DNA from: an uncultured delta proteobacterium
GTDB taxonomy: Bacteria > Myxococcota_A > Polyangia > Polyangiales > Polyangiaceae
NCBI GenBank assembly: GCA_963850305.1
Contig: CAWKKR010000008.1
Location: forward strand, 352,001 to 416,000
DNA: 64,000 nt
Direction: 5' to 3'
Positions 38,001-48,413 of the stretch are shown one piece after another. A program made the position numbers and the translations under genes. Position 1 is the first letter of the stretch. Each line of letters begins with the position of its first letter. The notes beneath the pieces were generated by a model. That model was not told the origin of the DNA and searched no databases. It saw only the letters and a program-made list of their open reading frames with translations.

Positions 38001-41000
38001 TCGTTTTCCGCCATCGCACCGAGCCGCATGAAAAGGTCGCTTGCCAGGAGGGCGTCACGTTCGCGCTCGGCGGCGGCCAGCTCCGCGAGACGCGACATGT
38101 AACGCTCCACCGCGTCGGCGCGCACCGCGAGATCGTGGGCGGACGACAGGAGCTGGACGGAGCCCGGGGTCTTTTCCAGCGCGCCGAGCAAGCTGTCCAG
38201 CGCTTCGCCGAGCCGGCCCGTCTCGGCGAGCAGATCCGCGCGCGCGACGAGAATGTCCGCCGCGGCCGCGGGATCGGTGATGCGCTCGAGCCGCGAGTCG
38301 AGGACGCGAAGGACGAGATCGGTCTGACCCGCGGCGCGCAGGGTTCGTTCGAGCCGGAGCGCTTCGACGTTGTTCGCGGCAGCCGTCTCGAACGCGGACT
38401 CGAGGAGATCGTTCGCACGATCGGATTGGCCCTGTTCGAGCGCCATCTGATGAAGCTCGAACATCACCTCGCTCGCCACGACGATTTCGTCATCCGCATC
38501 GTCGGCCGGCAAGGTGGGCGGCTGCTGGCGCCGTACGATGAGCAGCAAGGCTCGGTAGGCACGTTCCGCCGCGTCGAGCTCGCCTCTCTTTCTCGCCACG
38601 TCACCGAGGAGCTTCAATATCTTCGGGTCGCTTCGCTCGATGCTGGACGCGGATTCGAGCTGGGCGTGCGCCTGATCGAGATTGCCTTCGGCCTCTGCGA
38701 TCCGGGCCAGGTGATAATGGACCGCGGCGCGCTCGGGTGTCCTCCTTCGTCCGAACTCGGCGAGCATCGCGTCGAGGAGCTCGCGCGCCTCGTCGAAGCG
38801 GCTCGCGCTGCGGAGTGCGTCGGCAAGCGCGAGGCGTACCGAGCGATCTTCCGGCGCGAACACGACGGCCTGCTCGAGGAGCGGGATCGCCTCGCGGAGC
38901 GCACCCAGCCTTCGGCGATGGACCTGCGCTGCCTGACGCAAGAGGAGCACCTTGTCCTTGGCGTCCGATGCGTACGCGACGCCGTCGGCGAGGAGCGGTG
39001 CGAGGAGCGGCCATTCCGCGCCTTCGCGGTAGAGCTCGGCGAGATACTGCCGGAGCTCGGTCGCCGCTGGGTCTGCCTCCAGCGCGTCCACGAGCCGCGA
39101 CCGGGCGTCATCCGGGCGCCCCGCGGCGCGATAGCTACGCGCGAGCTTGCGCACCGTGACGCGGTACGTCTCCACGTCGCCCGGCCCGCGACCCGTCCGC
39201 TCCAGACGCTTTTCGAGCCAGCCCGTCGCCGCTCCGTGCTCGTTGCGCGCCGTGTGAATGGCGGCGAGCGCGTCGAAGACCCGCGCCGACGGCTCGAGCG
39301 CCGCGGAACGCCGGTAGGCGTCGAGCGCCCGATCGACGTCCCGCAACGGCTGTTCCGCCAGCGCGCCGGCACGAGCCCACAGCGAAGCTGCGGCGGACGC
39401 CTCGCCGGCCTGCTGACTTTGCTCCGCTTGTCGCACGAGTTCCGAGTGAAGCTCGCCGTGGCGGTTTTCTTTCTCCAGGATCTCCACCAGCGCGTCGATC
39501 GACGGAACGTGCCCGGGGCGGTCCTCCAGATTGTCGCGAAGGGCTGTGACGCGTTCGCTCGTGGCGCCGCCAACTTCGCCGAGGACATGCGCGATGTCGA
39601 GTCGAAGAAATAGTCTCCGTTCGACGTCGGGCCGGAGCTCGAGCTCGCGCCGCCGCAGCTCGAGAAGTTCGTCGAGCCGCCGCTCCCTGGAGAAAATACC
39701 GGCGAGGAGCGCGAGAGTCGCACAATCGTCCGGCGCTTCCGCGAGAATCCCGCGACACAGCTCGACGGCCCGCGGAGCGTCGCCGAGGCGCTCCGCGACG
39801 AGCTCGGCGGCGCGATAACGAAGCCTCCGCGAGGCCTCGCCGGGGAACGGCAACGCGGCGCCCCGCTCGAGCAGCTCCGCGGCGGCCCTGGGATCGTTCG
39901 CGGCCAGCAAGAGCTGCGCGAGAGCGTCGATGGCCCACTGCGCGTGGTGTGCAAACTCGCCAGTGCCGGCTCCGGCGTCCGTGGCCCGCTTCCAGCGAGA
40001 GGACGCCGCGTCGAGAATGCGCTCGAGGATCGGCCGGGAAAGCTCGGGATCGCCGACGGCGTGAAGGGCCACCGTGGCGGCTTCGTGGAGGGTGTCGAGC
40101 TCGTCGTCCAGGGTCGCGGCGAGGCGGAGCAGTGTGCCCACTAGCGGGCGCCCGGGGCTCCGGCGTTCGAGCTCGGCGAGCATCCGCAGCGTGTCCCGGT
40201 CGACCTTTTCCGCCGAAGCCTCCCGGAGAGCAGCCTCCGCGGCGTCGGGATCGTCCCGATGATCGCGATGCCAGATGGCAAGCTTTCTCTTGAGATCATG
40301 GGCGACTGACGGCGTGAGCGAACGAGCGTCGGCGATGGCTTTCGCGGTGGCGACCGTCGCGGGTTCCCAGCCGGCCAACGACGTCGCCGTCGACTCGAAC
40401 GCCGACTCGACTTCGTCGCCGATCGATTGCCGCGCTACCGCCGACCGCACGAATGCTCGTGCCGCCACGTCCCAGCGTCCCGACAGGCCGCCGACACGGA
40501 CGACGGCCACCGCCGCCGGGAGCGCGGCCGGCTTTAGCTCCGCAACCTTCTCGTACGAGCCGAGGGCCCCCACCGGGTCGCCCAATCTCTTTTCGAGGAC
40601 GGCGCCGTGCGAGAAAAGAAGCTCGGCGCGGCGGTCGTCGTTCTTCGAAATGGCGATCGCGTCGGCATAGCCATCCGCGCACGCGGCCCAGCCATCCGTC
40701 TCCTCCGCAAGGCGCACCAGCTCCGTCTCGACCGCCGGATCGCCGAGGAGCGCAAACGCCGCTCGCACATAGCGAAGCGCCGCCCTCTTGTCGGACGCAC
40801 GATGCTCGAGAAGGCTCGCGGCCTCGAGGAGGACCTCCGAGCGGAACGCGTCGTCGCGCGCACGTTTCACCCGCCGCTCGACGAGACCGAGCGTCCCCTG
40901 CCACTCTCCGGCGTCCGTGTAAGCCTTCGCCAGTGTCTCTGCCGCGAGCGCACCCGCCTCGGCGTCGTCGAGGAGCTCGCGCAGCCCGGCACGCGAGCTC

Positions 41001-42913
41001 TCGTGAACCGGGAGAACGTCCAGTGCTTCGCGGTAGGCCTCGACGGCGCGCAGCGGCGCGGCGCGCTGCGTCCGGTAAACGTCGCCCATGCGACCCAGGT
41101 GTTCCGCGCGAAGGTCCGGCTCCTCGACCTGTCGCGCGGCCTGCCTGAGCAGCGCGGTCACGTCCGACCAGCGCTCTGCCGCCGCGGAGAGATCCGCCAG
41201 CGCGTTCACCGTCTCGCCGCCCGAACCGAACTCCGTTTCGATCCGATGCCAGGTGTCGATCGCGGCCGGAAGATCTTCGAGCTCCGCGCGCTGAACGGCG
41301 GCGATGCGCACCAGGTCCGCGCGGCGCGTCGCCGGGTCGGTCGATGCATCGTGGCGGCGTCCGAGTGCCCCGACGAGCGCGTCCCAGCGACGGTTTGCGT
41401 CGAGGATCGCCACGATGGCGTCGAGCGCTTCGGGGTCCCGCTCGTCCTTCGTCAATCGCTTTTGCCAGAGGGTCAGCGCTCGATCGGTGTCGCCGAGGTC
41501 TTCCGCAAGCCGCGCGGCCTCGCCGAGATGGCGACGCCGCTCGTCTTCATCCGGCTCGAGGACGCTGCGACGTTCGAGCACGTCGAGTCTCGCCCTGCGG
41601 TCATCGAGTCCGACGAGCAGCCCGGTCAGGCGCCGCGCGACGTCCAGGAGCGAAGCGTCGTCCGCGGAAGGGTCCGCGAGGACCTTGGAATAGAGGTCGA
41701 TCGCCGCCGCCGGATAGCCGAGAAGAGAGTCGTAGGTTTTGCCGGCATCGAGAAGGAACTCGATGCGAATCGCCGCCTCGGGCGTCGCGGCCGCGGCACG
41801 CACGAGCGCCTCCGCATAACGATCGGCCTTGCCGGCCTTCTCGACGAGTGCGTGAAGCGTGGCCTTCACTTCGCGCGTCGGCGAGAGAACGAGCCATTCG
41901 GCGGCGTGATCGACCGCGTCGGCGAAGCGTCCAGCTCGCGACAGCAGCTCCGACGCCTCGCTCCGGAGTGCGACGCGCTCCTCGCGTTCATCGGCGACGC
42001 CGAGAAGCAGGATGATTGCTCGGATCACGTCGTCCGAGCGGTCCGCGGCCGCGAAGCGGTCCTTCAGGAGACCGAGCGCCGTCCGTCTCGTCTCGAGGGG
42101 CGACGATGCGGACATGCCGATGCGCTCGAGGAGCCGAGCGGCCTGCGGTTCTCCGCCGCCGGTCGCCAGGATCTGACGAACGACGTCGAGGGCGGTGCCG
42201 GCTTCCGTCAGTTTCTCGAGCCACGTCTCGGCGATGCGGACGCGCGTCAGCAGGACCTCCGCGGGCGACATGACCGAGAGCCGCGCGGTCCAGACGTCGA
42301 TGAGATCCCGGTGACGTTTCTGGAGGAGGAGACGCCTCTCGAGCGACTGCGCGAGCTGGGCATCCTCGGGCCGCAGCGGGACGAGTTGCTTGAGGTACGA
42401 GATGGCCCGGTCCGTACTCCCGGCGAAGTCCTTGGCAATGCGCGCCGCCTCGTCGAGCAGCGTCTTCTTCTTTTCGCGGTCGTCGCACGCCGCCAGGGCG
42501 GCGTCGTAGATCGCGAGCAGATCGTCCCAGCGCTCCGCCATGGTGAGCAGCAGCGACAATCGTTCGAACGCCCATTCCGCGTGCGCATCGAGCACGAGCA
42601 CGCGCTTCAGGATCTCGATGACGAACGCCGGGTCTTCGAACCACTCGTCGTGGAACGCGACCGCGCGTTTGCCCAGCGGTTCGACGAGCGTCGGAGCGAT
42701 CTCGCGCGCGAGCAGCTCTCGATAGAGGAGCGACACGCGATCGGGCCGCTGCGTCGACCGCGCGGTCTCGTCGAGCTCGTCCCAGGCGTCTTCGTCGGCC
42801 GGGTCGGCGCGCACCCGCTCGATGAGCGCCACCACTTCGCTCGACAGAGAGACCGGGGCCGATTCCTCGACGCTCGCGTCGCTCGCGGTCTGGGGCGCGT
42901 CTTGACGTTTCAT
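35060..42913 (-). CDS. Giant (~2600 aa) TPR-repeat protein interrupted by one in-frame TGA at 36914-36916
   Basis: ORFs 36914-42982 and 35060-36730 are in the same frame; the gap reads AKD*KDAAAVAALTLRIG...VMERLL with continuing TPR character. Confidence 0.8.
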
Positions 42914-43075
42914 CCGTTTTCCGAGGTCGAGGGGATCTCTGACGTAAAGCAAGAGATTCAAGCATTTATCTCGGCATGACAAGCGCTCCGCACACGAAGA
43001 GCGCCTGAGCCCGGGATGGCGAGCGCCACGTGCGGTTCACGAAAACTCGGTCGGGCTCCGTCCGTTCAGTGTCGC

Positions 43076-43714
43076 TCACTGCCAGGCGAACACCGGTTGC
43101 TCGTAGTGAGCCACGCGTGTCGCTCGTCCGAGGAGCGTCACTTCGCGAAGCTGGAAGAGGATTGCAGCCGTGGGCGCGTGCACGAGCGTGTCGAGCTCCG
43201 GAAGCGGGACGGCGATCAGCGGGCGCGGACTCTCCGGGATCGCGCGCACCACGGGCACTTCGGGCGCATCGAGCTGGGACAAGGGCACGCGGTGAGTCGC
43301 GGCGACTTCCGCCGGGTCCTCTCGGAACGGGCCACGCCAGCTTACCCATACGACGACCGGAGTGATCACGAAACCGGAACGCGTCTCGTAATCATCGAGG
43401 AAACCGAGGACGTCGGCGCGCGTCGCCGAGACTCCGACCTCCTCATACAGTTCGCGCAGCGCCGTATCCTCGGGCGCCTCGCCGGGCTCCGCGCGTCCTC
43501 CAGGCAAGGCCCATTGGCCGGCGTGGCGCCCGGGTCGGCTCGCGCGGCGCGTCAGCACGAAGCAAGCTTCGTCCGCGTCGTTCGGCACCACCGTCGCGGC
43601 GACGGCTGCGCGCGTCAATCCGCGCTCCGGCAGAGGCCGCCGCTCGAACGCAGCCAGGTGCGCCAGCGCCTCCGACCGCAGCCCATCCGAAAAGAGTCTC
43701 CGGGCGGTCATCAT
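43076..43714 (-). CDS. CoA pyrophosphatase (NUDIX, NudL/PCD1-like)
   Basis: LTRRAS..RHAGQWALPGG...ALRELYEEVG; TRSGFVITPVV. Confidence 0.88.
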   Translation of the reverse strand: MMTARRLFSDGLRSEALAHLAAFERRPLPERGLTRAAVAATVVPNDADEACFVLTRRASRPGRHAGQWALPGGRAEPGEAPEDTALRELYEEVGVSATRADVLGFLDDYETRSGFVITPVVVWVSWRGPFREDPAEVAATHRVPLSQLDAPEVPVVRAIPESPRPLIAVPLPELDTLVHAPTAAILFQLREVTLLGRATRVAHYEQPVFAWQ

Positions 43715-43881
43715 TGGACAGCCGCGGCTTGCTCACGGGCTCGTCGAAGCAGGTCCTCGATTCCGAGCGAACGTGGCCAGCGCTCGACGTACGCCCCATC
43801 CAGGAGCGCCTCGACTTGGCGGGCGGCCGGGGACGTGTCGTTCACGAGCCGAAGATACCCGATCCGCCGAACCGATCCCAT
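43711..43881 (-). CDS. Small hypothetical protein
   Basis: 56-aa ORF MGSVRRIGYLRLV... fills the gap and has an ATGA overlap with the NUDIX gene. Confidence 0.4.
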   Translation of the reverse strand: MGSVRRIGYLRLVNDTSPAARQVEALLDGAYVERWPRSLGIEDLLRRAREQAAAVQ

Positions 43882-43906
43882 CAGGCCGGACCCGACGGCA
43901 GCGTCA

Positions 43907-44824
43907 TCACCGCGCGCGACGTCCCAGCGCGGCCGCGGCGCGTGCCGCGACCGCTGCTCGGCCGAGCTCGGCGACGTCGCCTTCGTCCGTGTCGGCGATG
44001 GCACGGTCAATCCCGATGGCGCCGTCTCCGGTGCGCACCACGACGCCGGCCTTCGTGATCGCGGCTTCGCCGGGCAAGAGTGCCGTCGGAAAATCCGCAG
44101 CAACAAAAGCTCTCGTCACGAAAAATTCGAACGCCTCGATCCGGAGCGCAACCCCGGGCACGGGCGACAGCGCGCGCACGCGTCGCAGAACGCGCTCGGC
44201 GGGCCACGTCCAATCGACGCGCAGGAGCTCGCCCGAGGGCTCGGCTGCCCACGTGGCGTCTGCTTCGACCTGGGACGTCGCGTGAGGGACGACGCCCGCC
44301 CGGAACGCGCGGACCGCGCCGCGGAGCAGGCGCAAACTCGGTCGGTCGAGGGCGCGCGCGAGCTGCCATGAGTCCCGTTCGCCCACGGGGAGCGACTCCG
44401 TGAAGAGGACGTCGCCTTCGTCGTAGCGAGCCGTCAATCGGTGCAGCGAGACGCCGGTCACCGCGTCACCCGCGTCGATCGCGGCGAAGAACGGGTTCGG
44501 ACCACGATGCTTCGGCAGGAGCGAAGGGTGAACGCCGATCGCACCGAGCAACGGAGCGCAAAGCCACCGAGCCGGCAGGAGCCGGGTATGAAACCAGCTC
44601 ACGAGCAGATCGGGCGGACGATCGGAGAAACGTCGGTCGAGCCGTTCGTCGAGCTCGGCCGTCGTATCGAACTCGCGCGCATCGACCAGCCGAGGCCCGA
44701 GACGTCGCGCGAGCCTCCGGCGTCCGGGCGCGTCGAGCTTCGGGAGTACGGCGAAGTCCAGCTCCGCGCCGTCCTCGAGGAGCAAGAGCGCGCCGAGCGG
44801 GAGCCCGAAGTAGGCGACGCGCAT
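43907..44824 (-). CDS. Methionyl-tRNA formyltransferase-like protein
   Basis: MRVAYFG, GVHPSLLPKHRGPNP, TGVSLH...YDEGD, RVDWT...RVRALSPVPG. Confidence 0.82.
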   Translation of the reverse strand: MRVAYFGLPLGALLLLEDGAELDFAVLPKLDAPGRRRLARRLGPRLVDAREFDTTAELDERLDRRFSDRPPDLLVSWFHTRLLPARWLCAPLLGAIGVHPSLLPKHRGPNPFFAAIDAGDAVTGVSLHRLTARYDEGDVLFTESLPVGERDSWQLARALDRPSLRLLRGAVRAFRAGVVPHATSQVEADATWAAEPSGELLRVDWTWPAERVLRRVRALSPVPGVALRIEAFEFFVTRAFVAADFPTALLPGEAAITKAGVVVRTGDGAIGIDRAIADTDEGDVAELGRAAVAARAAAALGRRAR

Positions 44825-47435
44825 CAGGCACCGAGCTTCGCGCCGAGCCGGCGAACGACCTCGGGGACGTCGGGCGTGACGTCGAAAAAGCCCGCGAGCG
44901 GATCGCCGCGGCTGGCGACGCGGTCCCGCGCGGTGAACATGGAGAAGTCACGGGGGTCGAGCGCACGGTGCACCTCGTCCCAGAGCAGCGGCAGACTGAC
45001 GGTCGCGCCCGGCGTGGCGCGCACCGAGTAGGGCGCGACGATGGTGCGCGACCGGCCCGTCTGCCCCGCGTCGATGAACACGCGATCGCCGCGCGCGGCG
45101 ATCCGTCGTTCCATCGTCGAGAGGTCCGGATGACGGATCTGGAGGAGCCGCCCGACGAGCTCGACCATCGTCTTGGCCACATCGAACGACACGCCGGGGC
45201 CGAGCGGGACGAGCACGTGCAGTCCGGTCTGTCCCGACGTCTTCGGAAAGCCGACGAGGCCGAGATCCTGCAGTAACTCGCGGAGCGATAGCGCGAGGGT
45301 CACCGCGTCCGAAAACGCGCGAGGTCCGAGATCGAAATCGACGACGAAGTAATCGCACTCGGTCATCGTCTCGCTCCGGTACGGGAGCACGTGAATCGGG
45401 ATGCACCCGAGGTTCACGACGTACACGAGCCCCTCGACGGTGTCCGCGACGAACGCGTGCTTGCCGTGTCCCTCTTCGTCCGTCGGAAGATCGAGCGTCC
45501 GCACCCAGTCGGGCGTCCCCCGGGGGACGTTCCATTGAAAGAAGTTCTTGCCGGCAATGCCGTCCGGGTAACGCACGAGTACGATGGGGCAATCCTTCAG
45601 GAACGGCAGCATCACGTCCGCGATGCTGGCGTAGTAGTCGATGAGCTCGCCCTTGGTGTAACCCTCGTCGGGCCAGAACACCTTGTCGCGATTCGTGCCG
45701 AGGCCCCTGGACTTCGGTCCGCGAGAAGCGGCGGTCGGCGCGGACGCCACGTCCAGCATCTCGAACGGCGGAGCGGCGGTGCACGAGACCGCGTCCATGT
45801 CATCGCGAATACCATGGAACACGGGGTGACGCAGATTGCCGTCTTCCGTCCACCCGCTGAAGGACACATTCACGACGAGCTCCGGCCGCGTGAAGTGACG
45901 TACCCCTTCCTCGCGGGCAGGTTCGCCCACGGCCGGCGGCGCGTCCACCTCGAGCGGCGACAGCCTTTCCCGGAGCGTGCGGATCGCCCCGGCTTCGAGC
46001 CCGCTCCCGACGCGACCACGGAACCGCCACTTTCCGTCGAGGGCCGTCGCCAGCTCGAGCGCGCCGAGCGTCGTCCGCGCCCCCTTGCCTTCGACCCAGC
46101 CCACGACGGCAAATCCGCCTCTCGCACGCGCTTGATCTTGGACCAGTCTTCCGAGCGCTCGGGTCCCGCCCGGTACGGCGACGCCGCGTTCTTCGCCACG
46201 ACTCCTTCGAGCCCGAGCTTCGCGCACAGGTCGAAGAGCGGACGTCCGTCACCGTCGAGGTGATCGAGCATCCGAATGACGCCGCGCCGCGGAACTATCT
46301 CGGCGAGCAGCTCCTTTCTGGCGCGGAGCGGCAGCGAGCGAAGATCCCAATCGCCAACCTGCAGGACGTCGAAGACGACGTAGACGACCGGAACTTCCGC
46401 GGCGGCGTGCATGACATCGTGGGGGCGCGTCAGATGCATCCGGCGCCCGAGCCGGTGAAAGCTCGGACGTCCCTCGTCGTCGAACGCGACCACCTCGCCG
46501 TCGAGCACGAGCCGGTCGGGCGCGAGCGAGCGCACGGCGCGGGCGACCTCCGGATACGTGCCGGTCATCACACGCTGCGAGCGGTAGATGAGCGCCACGT
46601 CGCCACCTCGACGGTCCGCGAGCAGCCGCACCCCGTCGAGCTTGAGCTCGTAGAGGCGCTTCGGGTCGTCGAGGCGTGCGTCGCCGGCGCAGAGCATCGG
46701 CGTGAGCTTCCGCGCGTCGAGATCTCCGGTGAGAGCGCCGAGCCGGCGCGCATGCGCGACGAAGGACGCCGCGACCTCCTGCTTCCGCGCGAGAGCCTCG
46801 ACGGTCATCCCCGAGAGCACGCTCTCGGGCGCTTCACCGACGATGTCGCGTTCCTGCGACGAGAACGCGTCTTCCTTCTTGATGAGGAGCCATTGATTCT
46901 TCTCGTCGGGATCGCGACCAGCCCGCTTGCCAGTCTGGACCAGCGCGAAGCGGCCGCCGAGCTTGTACCCGGAGAGCACGAAATCCAGCTTGCCCTTCGC
47001 CAGACCTTCCTCCGGAGGCTCGAGATACCGGACCCGGCCCGCGTCCCAGACGATCATGGCACCTGCGCCGTAGTTGCCGTCGGGAATGACGTCCTCGAAG
47101 TCCGCGTATTCAAGCGGGTGGTCTTCCGTGTGAACGGCCAATCGCTTCTCGCGCGGGTCGAGGCTCGGCCCTTTTGGGACGGCGAAGCTCATCAGCGTGC
47201 CGCCGATCTGCAAGCGCACGTCCCAGTGGCGCCGCCTCGCGTCGTGGAGATGCACGACGAACGCGCCCGTTACGGAAGTGGCGCTGCCAATGCGTTCAGC
47301 CGCGAACGGCTCCGTCGTCCTCGACGGATCGCGCTTTCGTCGATAAGCATCGAGCCCGGCCGCTGATCCCGCGTCCGTCTTCGGACGGATCGTCGATTCA
47401 CCCGCGGTCGCTTTAGCTGAAGTTTTAGTCACCAA
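44824..47435 (-). CDS. ligD: NHEJ DNA ligase D (phosphoesterase-ligase-polymerase), 1-nt frameshift near 46112
   Basis: PE HDARRRHWDVRL..AVPKGPSLDP; ligase ELKLDG, EGVVAK; READ/FAVVGW junction; polymerase NRDKVFWP..YTKGELIDYY, KTSGQTGLHV. Confidence 0.92.
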
Positions 47436-47504
47436 AAACCGCCCAGGGTACGATACCGAAAAGATGATGACGGAGCGCGCTCAACTCAGCTTCGAGGTAA
47501 CGCC

Positions 47505-48377
47505 ATGGCCGCACGAGCGATAGCTTCCGGCGTCATTTCGTTCGGCCTCGTGTCGATTCCGGTCAAGCTGTATACGGCCGCCTCGTCCGAGCAGGTGCGC
47601 TTCAACATGCTCGACGCGCGTCACGGCGTGCGAATCAAGCAGCAGTACTACTCGCCCGCGGACGGCAAGGTTCTCGAGAAGGACGAGATCATCAAGGGGT
47701 ACGAGTACGCGCGCGACCAGTTCGTGAAGTTCACGGACGAGGAGCTCAAGGCGCTCGAGGCCGACCGCAGCAACCACATGGAGATCGTGGAATTCGTGCC
47801 ACTCTCCACGTTCGACTTCGTCCAGATCGAGAAGACGTACTACCTCGGGGCCGACAAGGGCGGCGACAAGGCGTACCGCTTGCTGTCCGAGTCCATGGGG
47901 AAGAAGGAAAAGGTCGCGGTGGGTCGCTGGGCGGCGCGCGGCAAGGAACAGCTCGTCCTCATCCGCGCGTATCGCGGCGGTCTGATCGTCCATCAGCTCT
48001 ATTATTCGAACGAGGTGCGCTCGTTCGAAGAGGTGGACGACACGGCGAGGTTCACGTTCAGCGACAAGGAGCGTGATCTGGCGGAAAAGCTCATCGATCA
48101 GCTCTCCGTGGACGAGTTTTCACCCGCCAAGTACCACGACGACTACGCGGACCGGGTGCGTGCCGCAGTCGAGCAGAAGGTCGCGGGAGAGCAGATCGTC
48201 GTGAGCGCCGAGGCGCCGCGTGCGCAGATCATCGATCTGTTCGAGGCCCTGAAGAAGAGTATCGCGGAGGCGAAGAAGCCGGGCAAGGCGTCGGAAGAGG
48301 AAGCGCCGATGACCCCGCGCCCGATGAAGAAGGCCGAACCCGCCAAGTCGCCCAGCAAGAAGAAGCACGCGGGCTGA
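47505..48377 (+). CDS. ku: NHEJ Ku protein
   Basis: ISFGLVSIPVKLYTA, IIKGYEY, YYL..KAYRLL, IIDLFEALKKS, basic tail; divergent from ligD. Confidence 0.96.
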   Translation: MAARAIASGVISFGLVSIPVKLYTAASSEQVRFNMLDARHGVRIKQQYYSPADGKVLEKDEIIKGYEYARDQFVKFTDEELKALEADRSNHMEIVEFVPLSTFDFVQIEKTYYLGADKGGDKAYRLLSESMGKKEKVAVGRWAARGKEQLVLIRAYRGGLIVHQLYYSNEVRSFEEVDDTARFTFSDKERDLAEKLIDQLSVDEFSPAKYHDDYADRVRAAVEQKVAGEQIVVSAEAPRAQIIDLFEALKKSIAEAKKPGKASEEEAPMTPRPMKKAEPAKSPSKKKHAG

Positions 48378-48413
48378 CCCGCCCGAGCTGCCCGCGCTCG
48401 GGCACCGAACTAT

